Source: Squalus acanthias
Taxonomy: Eukaryota
Reading direction: 5' to 3'
DNA: 64,000 nt
NCBI GenBank assembly: GCA_030390025.1
Contig: CM059432.1
Span: 88,662,001 to 88,726,000, forward strand
In this document: positions 37,199-49,449 of the stretch, one piece after another
How the letters are laid out: every line of letters begins with the position of its first letter
How positions within the stretch are numbered: position 1 is the stretch's first letter
Notes under the pieces: generated by a model
The model's input: the letters and a program-made list of their open reading frames with translations, nothing else
Database searches by the model: none
What the model was told of the DNA's origin: nothing
Translations under genes and position numbers: made by a program

Positions 37199-38073
37199 TA
37201 TGTGTTTGTTATGTGATAAATTTTATTTTTTAGGGTTCATTGTAGGGTGGGTGGGGAATCAACATTGCCACTCAAAATTGTTTTTCATGGATACAATAGG
37301 TTCCTTTATTGTGAATGGGAGTTTCTTTTGCTATAGAGATTTTTGCTTGGCTCAAATTCCACATTCATTATAAAACAACCAATCAGCATGCTTCATACCC
37401 ACAGACAATTCAAAAACATGTCAGGAACAAAACTTCCATTGTGATAAAAATTACATAGGTTTTAGTACAATAAAAATATTTTTTTAAAGTTTGTTTATGA
37501 TAGTTCAGCTTTTACCTTAATACCATGTGTATGTCCCAATCTTTATTTTGCTTTCTGTAAAATTTATAAAAAAGTGAAGGATAATCAGTGCATTTTACTT
37601 CCTGGTTTGCTGTCTGTGAGAATTCTTCAATATGATTGGCTATTTAGCCTGCTTGATGACATCACTGTTGCTGGACTTTGGAGATTCCCTTAGGGCTGGT
37701 GCCAGAATCAAACTAACATCAGGAAAGGTGAAATCAATGCCACAGAGCTCGCTAGATCTTTGTGGGCAGCTTTCTTTGAGGTCAGTGCCGAGCACTGTCA
37801 CCACCGCTGATGGCAAAATCCAGGCCATTGTCTCCACTTCAGTGTTATAATTAACCTAACAGCCAATATATTTAACATTGGGGTTCACCCACTGGTCCAG
37901 GTCCTGGTTGCCTTCACATTCAGACTGCTAGTAGAGGATTAGAAATTTAAATCCAAGCCTTCATTTTTATTTTAATTCACCGAGTGTTACCAATAAAATT
38001 GAAACCAGGCTGCTGGAGGTATGCATAGCACTAGGTCACTTCTATGTAGGGTGGAATAAACATTGACGGCAAT

Positions 38074-38242
38074 CAATGGTCCCCCTAATTATTTTGGGTG
38101 CGCGGCCTCTTTAAGGGGCTGCACGGCCCATTCACAGATTCGCACATGAATGAAACTTAACATTGAAAAAGTCGGTCTGGGCTGCGCGAGACCGGGAAAT
38201 AGCTGTGCGGCTGCGCGGCCATGCAGCTTATAGAGAACTTTG
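38074..38242. mobile_element. hAT-type MITE, second copy (inverted relative to 4028-4190)
   Basis: Internal sequence is the reverse complement of 4028-4190; flanks ACGGCAAT / ACTGCGAT (6 of 8). Confidence 0.6.
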
Positions 38243-38269
38243 ACTGCGATAGCCCTGCCTTGTAAAAGG

Positions 38270-38776
38270 ACACAGCCAGGAATGTACCACATCAAAGACA
38301 TAGCAAGATACAACTGAGACAATGAGGTGGAGTCGCAGGGGGTCTAACGTGTCAAAAGCTGCCGTCTGTATGTAAAACGAAAAGCTTTAAAATTTTTACT
38401 TTTTTACTGGGAAAATTTTTACTTTTTTACTGGGAATCACATCTGTGAACAAGCCAACGACGACTCGAGTCCGGATCACGTCATGTATCGTGACATAAAC
38501 CCAAGATCCCGGTTGAGACCGTCTTCATGAGTGCGGAACTTGGCTATCAGTTTCTGCTCGATGATTTTGCGCTGTCGTGTGTTTCTAAGGTTGCCTTGGA
38601 GAACGCTTACCCGCAGATCCGAGGCTGAATGTCCTTGACTGCTGAAGTGTTCCCCGACTGGGAGGTAACAATCCTGCCTGGCGATTGTTGCGCGGTGCTC
38701 GTTCATACGTTGTCTCAGTGTCTGCATGGTCTCGCCGATGTACCATGCCGCGGTGCATTCTTTCCTGCAACGTATG
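38270..38776 (-). mobile_element. Penelope P1 fragment (GIY-YIG domain and 3' UTR)
   Basis: IRCRKECTAAWYIGETMQTLRQRMNEHRATI...THEDGLNRDLGFMSRY. Confidence 0.88.
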
Positions 38777-38779
38777 CCT

Positions 38780-40734
38780 AGGGGCGATTTTTGCTGAATA
38801 TTTTAGGCGCTAAAGAGGTAACAAGGTCACCAAGATGGGGTCTTCAGCTGAAATGTCGGTGTAGCCCGTGTTTAGTGCAAGATGCCATCTTGGTAAAGGA
38901 GTTGAAGCCAGAGCTAGGAACAACCACCCAGAGGCTTGTTAAACAGCTGATTGCCACTTAAAATGCCTGCTAGCGTTCATTAAAGAGGTTGCATGGCATT
39001 TTGGTGACTAACGCTTCAGCTAATGCCCTCTCCTAACAGCGACCAGCTGATTGGGAGTAAACACTGCGATGATGTCGATGTCAAGCACTACTTAAAGAGA
39101 TACTCACCACTTAAAGGGATACTCACCACTTAAAGGGATACTCACCATTCAAAGGGGGTGATTTTATTAATGGGGACGTGATGGAGGCGGGAAAGCTGCT
39201 TGTCGGGTTTTAGTCTCGCAGCCATCGACGTCTGGCCAACCCACGCTATTTTCCCTTGATTGACCTTGTTAAGCCCGCCCAGCGGGCTTAGCCGGCCAAT
39301 TAAGGAGAGCCGGTGACAGAGAATGTCAGTGTATGACCCTTCATCTGTCAAGATTTTTTGACAGCTGAATTGTCATCGTTTGACAGCTCTGTGAAGCTGT
39401 CAAACACTGACAATCTGTCTTTAAAGTTGAGGCCTAGGACACAGGCTCACTTAGAAAGCTTTCCTGATCAGAAAGCAGAAGGCTGCTGCATTTAAGAATG
39501 CAGCTGCCATTCTGTTTTCTCTGCCGGTGAGATGAGGCAGCTCCGCAGCCTAAAGGGATGAAGCCTGGAGGAAGAAGCAAAGGTAAGTAATCTTATTAAA
39601 ACACTTTAGACTCACCTCACACACTTACCTCTCCACACTTGCACTCATCACTCACCTGCACATCGGACATTTCGGCCCCTCTGACCCCCGCAGACCCACG
39701 GCTCACCTCGCTGATCCTGGCGAGGTTCGGAGCCGTCGGGAAGCCCACACTTTCGGGCTCAAAATAAGGATTAGCCAAAAAATTGCCTGTTAACTACCTG
39801 TTAACAGGCAGTTAATTGGCACTAATCCTCTTCCCGCCTCGAGGAGACGGGACCCGGCGCGGGTCGGGTACCCACCTCCTGGGAAGATGGCACGGAGGTG
39901 GGTTGGGGGTGGGAGGGGTACCCGCTCCCAGATTCTGCCATTTTCCCGGCAGTCCCGCCTCCATACCCACCTCCCCAGGGCTGGGAAAATCGCCCCAAAG
40001 AGTTACTCACTATTTCATGTTCATTGCTGCTGGAGCTGTGAAGAGGACCTCTGAAACACATCGGGAGACTTTCTGGGACACTTTGGCAAGACTTCACCCA
40101 ACACTCGAGCAACATTTATTCCACAAATTCTTTGAAGACTTCACCTAAAAAGAGTAAGTGCTTTGCTACTCCACCTTATGGGACACCTTATGGGAGTCAC
40201 CAGGAGAAAGGGAGTGCTTGTTCATGGGCATCGTTCCAGGGGTCCCCCTTGGTCTGGACGAGGAATGGGAGGACATGAGGCCAAGCAGGGCAGCACCAGC
40301 TGCTGCAGGAGAGAGGGACAGGAAGGCGAGCAGGGTGATGTGCGTCCTTCCCCCTGTGTGTCCAGGATATTCCTCCTCCTCTGGACCTCCTCCACCAACA
40401 CCTCCAGTGCCGCATCCGAGAACCTGTGCGCCCTCTCCCTCGGTCCCTGAGCCATCCTGAAGTGTGCCACTGTGTGCCAGCCAGAGCACTCCACACCTTC
40501 AGTGGAAGTGGGTGCGAGGAGCCCACATATACTGCTCCACAAAAATTGCATCTAGTCAGCACTTGAGTGCCAAACCTGCAGGTGTCCGTTTAGCACCTCC
40601 AGGCAAGTTCAAATGATGGTAATCAGCAATTAGGAGCAAAATTGTGTGCTAAATCTGGACTTCAGAACAGGTGTGTCTTATCAGTACAGCACCCATTTAG
40701 TGCCTGTTTTCACCCTTTGGCCAAAATAACCCCC
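38780..40734. mobile_element. Internally deleted Harbinger, hosting MITE M3 copy 2
   Basis: Ends AGGGGCGATTTT / GGGGGTTATTTT (reverse complement). Myb start on - at 40455 (MAQGPRERAHRFSDAALEVLVEEVQRRR) breaks off near 40340. No TSD readable. Confidence 0.65.
39154..39996. mobile_element. MITE family M3 copy 2
   Basis: GGGGGTGATTTT ... AAAATCGCCCC; TSD AAA. Inserted in the last unit of a 19-bp tandem ACTCACCACTTAAAGGGAT (39102-39153). Confidence 0.82.
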
Positions 40735-40769
40735 CGACTATCTGCTGGTAATATTATAGGAGTGCTCGC

Positions 40770-43448
40770 AACCATAGCAAAGTCCGTGAAAGAGCAAGGG
40801 GATTTGGGGGTACAGGCTAACAGGACATTAAAGGTAACACCTCAGGTTGATAAGCCATAAAATAATCTAAGGTTTTATCACAAGAGGTGTAGAATATAAA
40901 AGCCAAAAGGTAATAATGAGACGACAAAACTTTAGAAAGACCTCAATTAGAAAACTGTCTGCAGTATTGGGCTCCATGCTACAGGAAGGACATTAAAACT
41001 TTAGTGAGACTACAACACAGATTCATAAGGATGCTGCCTGATATGAGGAATATAAAAAAAGACTTGAAAGATTGGCGGGGTGAAATTCGATAAAGCCCGG
41101 AAACGGGCGGGGGCACCGCAGGGTGAGATTTGCTCGCGTTGTTTAGAAAGCACGTTCGGTGCTGCCTGCTAATTTGAATAATTTTAGCGCACAGCCCAGC
41201 GACAAATGCACTGCTTCAAGCTGTGCGCTCAGCAGGAGGCACAATGCCACACTGCTGCATTCTCTTAAAGCAAGGCTGTCATTTTTGAAAGCAGTCTCGA
41301 GCCTTTAAAGGTGAACAGCCTTCTGAAACAAAATTAAAAATCATTTAAAAATAGGCCCATAAAGCTCAACTGCATTCTGAAAAAAAAACATTAAAAATGA
41401 TTCCGAATTAGGCAGCCTTCAGCTCTTAAAGCTCAACTGCCTTCTGCATGTAAAAAATGGTAAAAGTACTTCAGCACTAACACAAATGGCTTAATAGGCA
41501 TGGGAATGGGCATCCAGGGTCTCGCACGCAGCACTCCAGCTTTGTGCAGAGGGTCAACACTGGAAGTGAGGTCCTCTACCCACAGCGGGCCAGGACGCCC
41601 TCCAGAAAGAAGGACGTGGGACCAGATTACCGAGGCAGTCACTGCCAGCAGCATCGCTCCAGGACCTGGCTCCAGCATCCAAAGAAGTTTCATGACCTCA
41701 GATGAGTGGTCAAGGTCAGTGAATGCATCTTCAAAAGCCGTCTCCTACCAACTGCACCACTAGCCTAATAAAGATGCTGATATCTCATATGTTATCCTCC
41801 TTCTCACATTCCAGTTCCCCCTCACCCCACAACCTCTTGCTTTATTGCCCTCACCTTACCACAACCCTACCCTTGTGCCTTCCTCATTTCAGACACCCAA
41901 GAAATCCAGCCTACCCAGCCAGTGGTTGACCAAGAAGAGGGAGAGGAGAGTGAAGAAAAAGAAGAAGAAACACCATCACTTGATTTGACACTCCCAGTCA
42001 CCAGTTCCTCAAGGTTGACCAACAAGGCCATCTGCAGTGTCCCCCACTGACAGTCAGCAGCCTTCCACCAGCAGTGCTGCAGCCACTGGGGTAACACTGC
42101 GTGACATCAGTAGGATAGGCAAAGGCACACACAAGACAATCATTAAGGGAATGCATAAGTGTAATTAGATTGATTTTTTGATGTAATATTGGATGCATAT
42201 ATGGATAAAGTTGGATTGGAAAGTTTGCTTTGTGGTGGCTTTTATTTCAACTTTGCGGCTAAGAGGACCCTGTGATGGTCAGTAACAGAGGGAAGGTAAG
42301 GTGTGGAACAAATATTGAATGAGGAATCGGGGTTGTGGTCACTGGTACCACAGGCGGATGGTTCGATCCTGATATCCCGGCCAAGAAGGCGCTGTCTTCC
42401 TTCCACTTCCTTCTCTGCTGCTTCTTCCTCCTCCCTCTGTGAGCAGCTTGTCCCCTTTGCTGCTTCTGCTTCATCTCCAGGTGGTGTTCTCAAGGGAGAC
42501 TGCAACTACAGCCCCCAGGACTGTGAGCAAGTGGTGTTCTCAGAGGCCTTCCTTTACCATCCAAAGCCTTGCAAGCATCCAGCAGCACTCCCTGCACTCC
42601 CTGCACACTTTAACAACTTTTTTAAATGTATTGCATCAAGCCGCTACTGCAATAAAATGTAAAAAAAACACTCCAAATGCTGAAATCAAAACTTACCTGA
42701 AAGATGTGTGTGTCCCTTTAAGAAGCGCCGACAGCGTCTCTGTACAACTGCTGCACGCACGTTCTTCCTTGCATGATTAGGAGAGGGCGGTATGGAGTGC
42801 GACAATATCCAAAATCGCAGTCGTGCATCAATTCAGATGTTGCACGCTGATTGACGTCACAATCTGCACATTTACATGGGAGAGGCGAGCGCAGGTAACG
42901 GCAGCGCTACAGACCTCTCCAATATGGTGGCTGTCGTATTCCGCGCCGGAAGCGGGCGAAAGCAAGGCGACTGCCATTTTTTCAACAAAACCAGCCTTAA
43001 CGGTCGGTGCTACACTCCCGGATTTCATGACCTGCGTCTTTTTTCATTAGAACAGCGCAGATTACAGGGCGATATGATAGAAGTGTTTAAAATTCTAAAA
43101 GGACGGGGCAGGGTAGATAGAAGCAGACTGATTCGAATAGTTGATGGGTCAAGAACGAGGGGTCATAGAGACAAGATTAAATGTAAGAGATTTAGAACAG
43201 AGGGCAGGAGAAACCTCTTTACACAAAGAGTCGTGAGGCTGTGGAATTCACTTCCATGGTTAATGGTGGAGGCAGAAACTGTGTCAACATTCAAGATTAA
43301 ATTGAATAGGTGAATAAAGGAAAAGAGATTGAATGGATATAGAAACAGGGTAGGTGAATATGATTATAACTTTCTGCTTGCGTGATGGGTGAATGCTGGT
43401 TGGGCCAAATGACCTGTTTCCATTTCGTAATTTCTATGTATTTCTATA
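40770..43448 (+). mobile_element. CR1 3' portion (40770-41075 and 43033-43448) split by a Harbinger relic
   Basis: RPQLENCLQYWAP...RLERL | LFSLEQRRLQGDMIEVFKI...; removing the insert restores the CR1 reading; TTCTATGT tail. Confidence 0.78.
41076..43032. mobile_element. Decayed, internally deleted Harbinger (~1.96 kb)
   Basis: Ends CGGGGTGAAATT / GGTCATGAAATC; flanks TGG / TGC. Myb relic TWDQITEAVTASS at 41614-41652; exon-3-like acidic stretch at 41930-41975. Confidence 0.65.
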
Positions 43449-44356
43449 GATAATTGTATTTTCCCAACTAACAGAGAAAATATGATAACAGGAGACAGCA
43501 GAAGGATACCAGTAGGGAAGGTAATGAAAATAAATCCGTCCATTTTCACTGTAATGCTAGGGTTTTCTTTAAGTTTTGAACAATAGTATGGTCTCCTTTT
43601 CTGTCTCTTTTAGCTCCTTTTTGTCATCCATGTAATGAGAAATAGTTGCTGGTCTCTTACTGTGTTACTGCTTTAAACGTGACTATAAAATTAAAATGAC
43701 CCCTTGGATAACAAAGCAGTGTTTAGTTATGTTAAATTCAATTTTATTAGTTATTGATTTTGTTGCTTGTTTAATGTAACCATTTATTGTTTGTTATCCA
43801 ACACTAAAGGTTCTTACAAAAATAACAGTAATTATACGGATAATGCAGTGGTGGAGCTCCGTGAGGTACCAGTGCATATTGCTATGGAGAGCAGGGACAC
43901 AGGTTCAATCTCCTATTTCACTGAGTTGCAACGTAAACTACAAAACTACGTGGAAACATTGTGCAGAAGCCAGCCCCCTCTGCACATGGTGAAGTAAAAC
44001 CAGTGTGGTCCTGGACCACTGTCAAATAAATCATGGCTGCTGCCTTAAAGCAGCATCGGCAGAATTCTAACAGCAATATACCCACTAACCATCAAAACTG
44101 CAGTTGGTATATAGACTGAAAGAACAAACTTCTAATTATGTAGCACCCTTCATGACCTCAGGACAATCCAGTGAAGTACTTTTGAAGTGTAGTCATTGTT
44201 GTAATGTAGGGAAACGCCCCTGCTCTTCTTCAATGGATCGTTTACATCCACCTGGAAAAGCAGATTAGCCCTTGGTTTAATGTCTCATCTGAAAGACGAC
44301 ACCTCCGAAAGTGCAGCATTCTCTCAGTACTGCACTGAAATGTCAGTTGTCATGAT

Positions 44357-46411
44357 GGGGGAGAAATTCAACATCGTTGTGCCCATTTATTTGACATTAA
44401 ATCACCAATGTGGGGGTGAATTTTGGGTCGCGACTTCCCGTGCCCAATCTCTCCCAAAAGTGCACTGGCTGGCAAATCGGAAGCCATCGACTTCTAAGTG
44501 TGTAGAGTGCCCACCTGAAATATGCATTAGGTGTCCTGCAAATGCAAATCGGCATCCTAATACTGGCTGTAAGACCCCGATCAAAATTGGTCAGCTAATG
44601 GGAAGAGCTTGTCCCATGCATGAGCCACCCAGTTGTTGCAGGTCTTCAGTTGTCTAACCAGTGGTCCTTAGGGAAAATGCTAGAATCTATTATTAAGGAT
44701 GTGGTTACAGGTCACGTAGAAAATAATAATAGGATTGGGCAGAGTCAACACGGATTTATGAAAGGGAAATCGTGTTTGCCGAATCTGTTAGAGCTTTTTG
44801 AGGTTGTAACTAGCAGAATAGATAAGGGGGAACCAGTGGATGTGGTGTATTTAGATTTTCAGAAGGCATTCGATAAGGTGCCGCACAAGAGGTGATGAAA
44901 CAAAATTAGGGCTTATGGGATTGGGGGTAATATACTTGCATGGATTGAGGATTGGTTAATGGACAGAAAACAGAGAGTAGGAATAAACTGGTCATTTTCG
45001 GGTTGACAGGCTGTAACTAGTGGGGTACCGCAAGGATCAGTGCTTGGGCCTCAGCTATTCACAATCTATATCAATGATTTGGATGAGGGGACCAAATATA
45101 ATATATCCAAGTTTGCTGATGATACAAAGCTGGGTGGGAATGTAAGTTGTGAGGAGGATGCAAAGAGGCTTCAAGGGGATATAGACAAGCTAAGTGAGTG
45201 GGCAAGAACATGGCAAATGGAATATAATGTGGAGAAATGTGAAGTTATCCACTTTGGTCGGAAAAATAGAAAAGCAGAGTATTTTTTAACCGGTGAGAGA
45301 TTGGGAAATGTTGGTGTTCAGAGGGACCTGAGTGTCCTTGTACATAAATCACTGAAAGTTAGCATGCAGGTACAGCAAGCAATTAGGAAATCAAATGGTA
45401 TGTTGGCCTTCATTACAAGAGGATTTGAGTATAAGAGTAAAGACATCTTACTGCAATTATATAGGGCCCTGGTGAGACCACACCTGGAGTATTGTGTACA
45501 GTTTTGGTCTCCTTAACTAAGGAAGGATATACTTGCCATGGAGGGAGTGCAATGAAGGTTCACCAGACTGATTCCTGGGATGGGGGGATTGTCCTATGAG
45601 GAGAGATTGAGTAGACTAGGCCTATATTCTCTAGAGTTTAGAAGAATGAGAGGTGATCTCTTTGAAACATACAACATTCTGACAGGACTTGACAGGGTAG
45701 ATGCAGGGAGGATGTTTCTACTGGCTGGGGAGTCTAGAACCAGGGGTCACAGTCTCAGAATAAGGGGTCAGCCATTTATGACTGAGATGAGGAGAAATTT
45801 CTTCACTCAGAGGGTGGCAAATTTTTGGAATTCTCTACTCTAGAGGGCTGTGAAGTCTCAGTCGTTGAATATATTCAAGACAGAGATCGATAGATTTTTG
45901 GATATTAAGGGAATCAAGGGATATGGGGATAGTGCAGGAAAGTGGAGTTGAGGTAGAAGATCAGCCATGATCTAATTGAATGGTGGAGCAGGCTCGAGGA
46001 CCAAATGGCCTACTCTCGCAACTATTTCTTACTTTCTTATGTAAAGGGACTACTGGAGGCCACTCAAAAAAGGAATGAAAATTTTCAATACTTTCATTTA
46101 TGTGGAACCACGAGGAGCAGGAGTGCTCTTCCTGGCCCCACAAAAATACTACGGGCCGCTGCTTACCTCCCTCAACGTCACTACCCCTCCCCACATGAAA
46201 GACCTGCCTGCCTGCGAGCTGTCTCGTCATTGGAGCTGTCTGAAATTTCTAAAGCCCCGACCTGTGAGCCGCATCTGCCGTTTGCTGGTTCAATGCAAAT
46301 GAAGCCCGAGGTCCAATTTCATTCGGGCCTCAGGCTCATGTCTTTGGGTGCATGTTAGGATCGCACTACTCATTTTGTGCTGGAAACTGAGGTGAGTTGA
46401 ATTGCTCTCCC
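44357..46411. mobile_element. Harbinger-type MITE containing a CR1 insertion
   Basis: TIR GGGGGAGAAATTCAAC / GGGAGAGCAATTCAAC; TSD not readable. Confidence 0.65.
44668..46042 (+). mobile_element. 5'-truncated CR1 LINE (RT and tail), several stops
   Basis: GKMLESIIKD...[15 protein letters not shown]...[10 protein letters not shown]...; CR1 3' UTR. Confidence 0.93.
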
Positions 46412-46751
46412 AACGTGATCAAGTCTCTTGAGTGGGGCTCAAAGCACAATCTTCTGACTTAGAGGCAAGCGTGCGACCACTCAGCCAAGGCTGACAACTA
46501 GAAGATCAATAGGAGTCAAGGAGAAACTATGCAATTTCATCAAAGAAAACCACAATGTGTGAGTAGCAGACTCTTTCGACAAGCACAGTTTACAGAAAGA
46601 ATTGGTAAGTACATTGCTATAGAGAGCCAAGTAACTTAATAGTCACCTGCCAACAGAAAATTGCACAGATACAGAAGCATGGCATTGATTAATAAATAAA
46701 AATGAGAAGTCGCACAACACCAGGTTATAGTCCAACAGTTTTATTTGAAAT

Positions 46752-46786
46752 TACGAGCTTTCGGAGCGCTGCTCCTTCGTCAGGTA
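46752..46786 (-). ncRNA. Minimal type I hammerhead ribozyme (left pLTR)
   Basis: - strand TAC-CTGACGA-A-GGAGC(AGC)GCTCC-GAAA-GC-TC-GTA. Confidence 0.8.
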
Positions 46787-47780
46787 CAGTGAAGGAATAC
46801 AAATCAGTTACAAAGCATATATAAAAATGAGAAGTCGCTATAGATAGAGAACAATGTGTCTGCAGAGATACAATCTGTCAGGGAGGCATTACATCAAAGA
46901 CACAGCAGAATACAGCTAAGACAATGAGGTGGGGTCACAGGGGGTCCAACGTGTCAAATGCTGCAGTCTGCAGTTAAGCTTTTTACTTTTTTTTAAAACT
47001 GGAAATCACATCTGTGAACAGGACAATGATGACTCTAGTCTGGACTCTAGTCTCGACTCTAGTCATGTCCTGTAGTGTGACATGAAACCGAGATCCCGGT
47101 TGAGGTCGTCCTCATGGGTGCGGGTCTTGACTATCAATTTCTGCTCGATGATTTTGCGTTGTCGTGTGTCTCGAAGGCCACCTTGGAGAACGCTAATCCG
47201 CAGATCCGAGGCTGAATGTCCTTGACTGCTGAAGTGTTCCCCGACTGAGAGGTAACAATCCTGCCTGGCGATAGTTGCGCAGTGTCCGTTCATACGTTGT
47301 CTCAGTGTCTGCATGGTCTCGTCGATGTACCATGCTGTGGTGCATTCTTTCCTGCAACGTATGAGGTAGACAACGTTGGCCGAGTCACATGAGTATGTAC
47401 CATGTACCTGGTGGGTAGTGTCCTCACGTGTGATGATGGTATCTGTGTTGATGATCTGGCATGTCTTGCAGAGGTTGCCGTGTCAGGGTTGTGTGGTGTC
47501 ATGGTCGCTGTTCTCCTGACAGCTGGGTAATTTGCTGCGAACGATGGTACTTTTGAGGTTAGGCAGCTGCTTGAAGGCGAGTAGTGGAGGCGTGGGGATG
47601 GCCTTAGCAAGGTGTTTGTCGTCATCGATGACATGTTGAAGGCTGCGAAGAACATGGCGTAGTTTCTCCGCTCCGGGGAAGTACTGGACGATGTAGGGTA
47701 CTCTGTTGGTTGTGTCCCATGTTCGCCTTCTGAGGAGGTCTATGCGATTTTTCGCAGTGGCCCGTCGGAACTGTCGATCA

Positions 47781-48880
47781 ACGCTGTACACCAGATACAT
47801 CGATGACATTTTCTTCCTTTGGACCCGCGGCGAAGGATCACTGAAAGGGCTACACGATAACATCAACAAGTTCCATCCCACCATCAAACTCACCATGGAC
47901 TACTCCTCAGAATCGGTTTCATTCTTGGACACACGAATCTCCATCAAAGACAGACACCTCGGCACTTCACTCTACCGCAAGCCCACGGACAACCTCACCA
48001 TGCTCCACTTCTCCAGCTTCCACCCTAACCACGTTAAAGAAGCCATCCCCTATGGACAAGCCCTGCGAATACACAGAATCTGCTCAGACGAGGAGGAACG
48101 CGATGGACACCTACGGACACTGAAAGACGCCCTCGTAAGAACGGGATATGACGCTCAACTCGTCGATCGACAGTTCCGACGGGCCACAGCGAAAAATCGC
48201 ATAGACCTCCTCAGAAGGCGAACACGGGACACAACCAACAGAGTACCCTACGTCGTCCAGTACTTCCCCGGAGCGGAGAAACTATGCCATGTTCTTCGCA
48301 GCCTTCAACATGTCATCGATGATGATGAACACCTTGCTAAGGCCATCCCCACACCACCACTACTCGCCTTCAAGCAGCCGCCTAACCTCAAAAGTACCAT
48401 CGTTCGCAGCAAATTACCCAGCTGTCAGGAGAACAGCGATCACGACACCACACAACCCTGCCACGGCAACCTCTGCAAGACATGCCAGATCATCAACACA
48501 GATACCATCATCACACGTGAGGACACTACCCACCAGGTACATGGTACATACTCATGTGACTCGGCCAACGTTGTCTACCTCATACGTTGCAGGAAAGAAT
48601 GCACCACAGCATGGTACATTGGCGAGACCATGCAGACACTGAGACAACGTATGAACGGACACTGCGCAACTATCGCCAGGCAGGATTGTTACCTCTCAGT
48701 CGGGGAACACTTCAGCAGTCAAGGACATTCAGCCTCGGATCTGCGGTTAGCGTTCTCCAAGGTGGCCTTCGAGACACACGACAACGCAAAATCATCGAGC
48801 AGAAATTGATAGTCAAGACCCGCAACCATGAGGACGACCTCAACCGGGATCTCGGTTTCATGTCACGCTACAGGATGTGA
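47781..48880 (+). pseudogene. Penelope ORF, 5'-truncated: RT C-terminal part and GIY-YIG endonuclease
   Basis: YTRYIDDIF (RT catalytic motif), FLDT, LYRKPTD, NVVYLIRC...WYIGET. 1-nt deletion near 48746 relative to the inverted copy. Confidence 0.9.
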
Positions 48881-49449
48881 CTAGAGTCGAGACTAGAGTC
48901 CAGACTAGAGTCGTCATTGTCTTGTTCACAGATGTGATTTCCAGTTTAAAAAAAAATGTAAAATGCTTAACTGCAGACTGCAGCATTTGACACGTTGGAC
49001 CCCCTGTGACCCCACCTCATTGTCTTAGCTGTATTCTGCTGTGTCTTTGATGTATTGCCTCCCTGACGGATTGTACCTCTGCAGACACATTGGGGTAGAA
49101 ATTAGGTCGCGCCCCATTTGGGGCGCAAATATCGTCTGGACGCAAATATTAGCGCCTGGCGCTAATTATCGGCACTGACTGGAAACTTCACTTTTACCGC
49201 CCCGGGAGGTGAGTGGAGCGCTAAAGCAGGTGCTGCACACCTGTCTTAAGGCGCAAAGGCCAAGGAGTGAGGCGCTAACTCAGCGCGCGAGCGCAGCACA
49301 ACTGCTGCCAGTTAGCGAGGGAACACAGACACACTGGCGCCGGACACTTCTTAAAGTGGGGGGGGCCACTTGCTCCCCAGCCACACCCTGCTCATTGCAG
49401 CCTTGAATCTCAGCCTGGAGAGACCTGTGAATCCATTTTGCTGCCAAGC

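Larger units (their letters stand above)
44125..46496 (-). mobile_element. tRNA-headed (Deu-like) SINE, split into 44125-44356 and 46412-46496
   Basis: - strand head TGTCAGCCTTGGCTGAGTGG (A-box-like); body contains GCTGCACTTTCGGAGGTGTCGTCTTTCAGATGAGACATTAAACC, which resembles DeuSINE bodies (from memory, not searched). Confidence 0.6.

Noticed and set aside
37202..37826. Segment ending in TIR-like CAAAATCCAGGCC followed by ATT
   Set aside because: No matching left TIR or TSD found, so not listed as an element.
43845..43915. tRNA-like A/B-box segment (GCAGTGG...GGTTCAATCTCC)
   Set aside because: No cloverleaf can be drawn; at most a decayed SINE head.
47706..47780. N-terminus of the 367-aa ORF (MVVSHVRLLRR...)
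   Set aside because: Antisense read of the inverted Penelope arm, fused by chance in frame with the RT at the junction.
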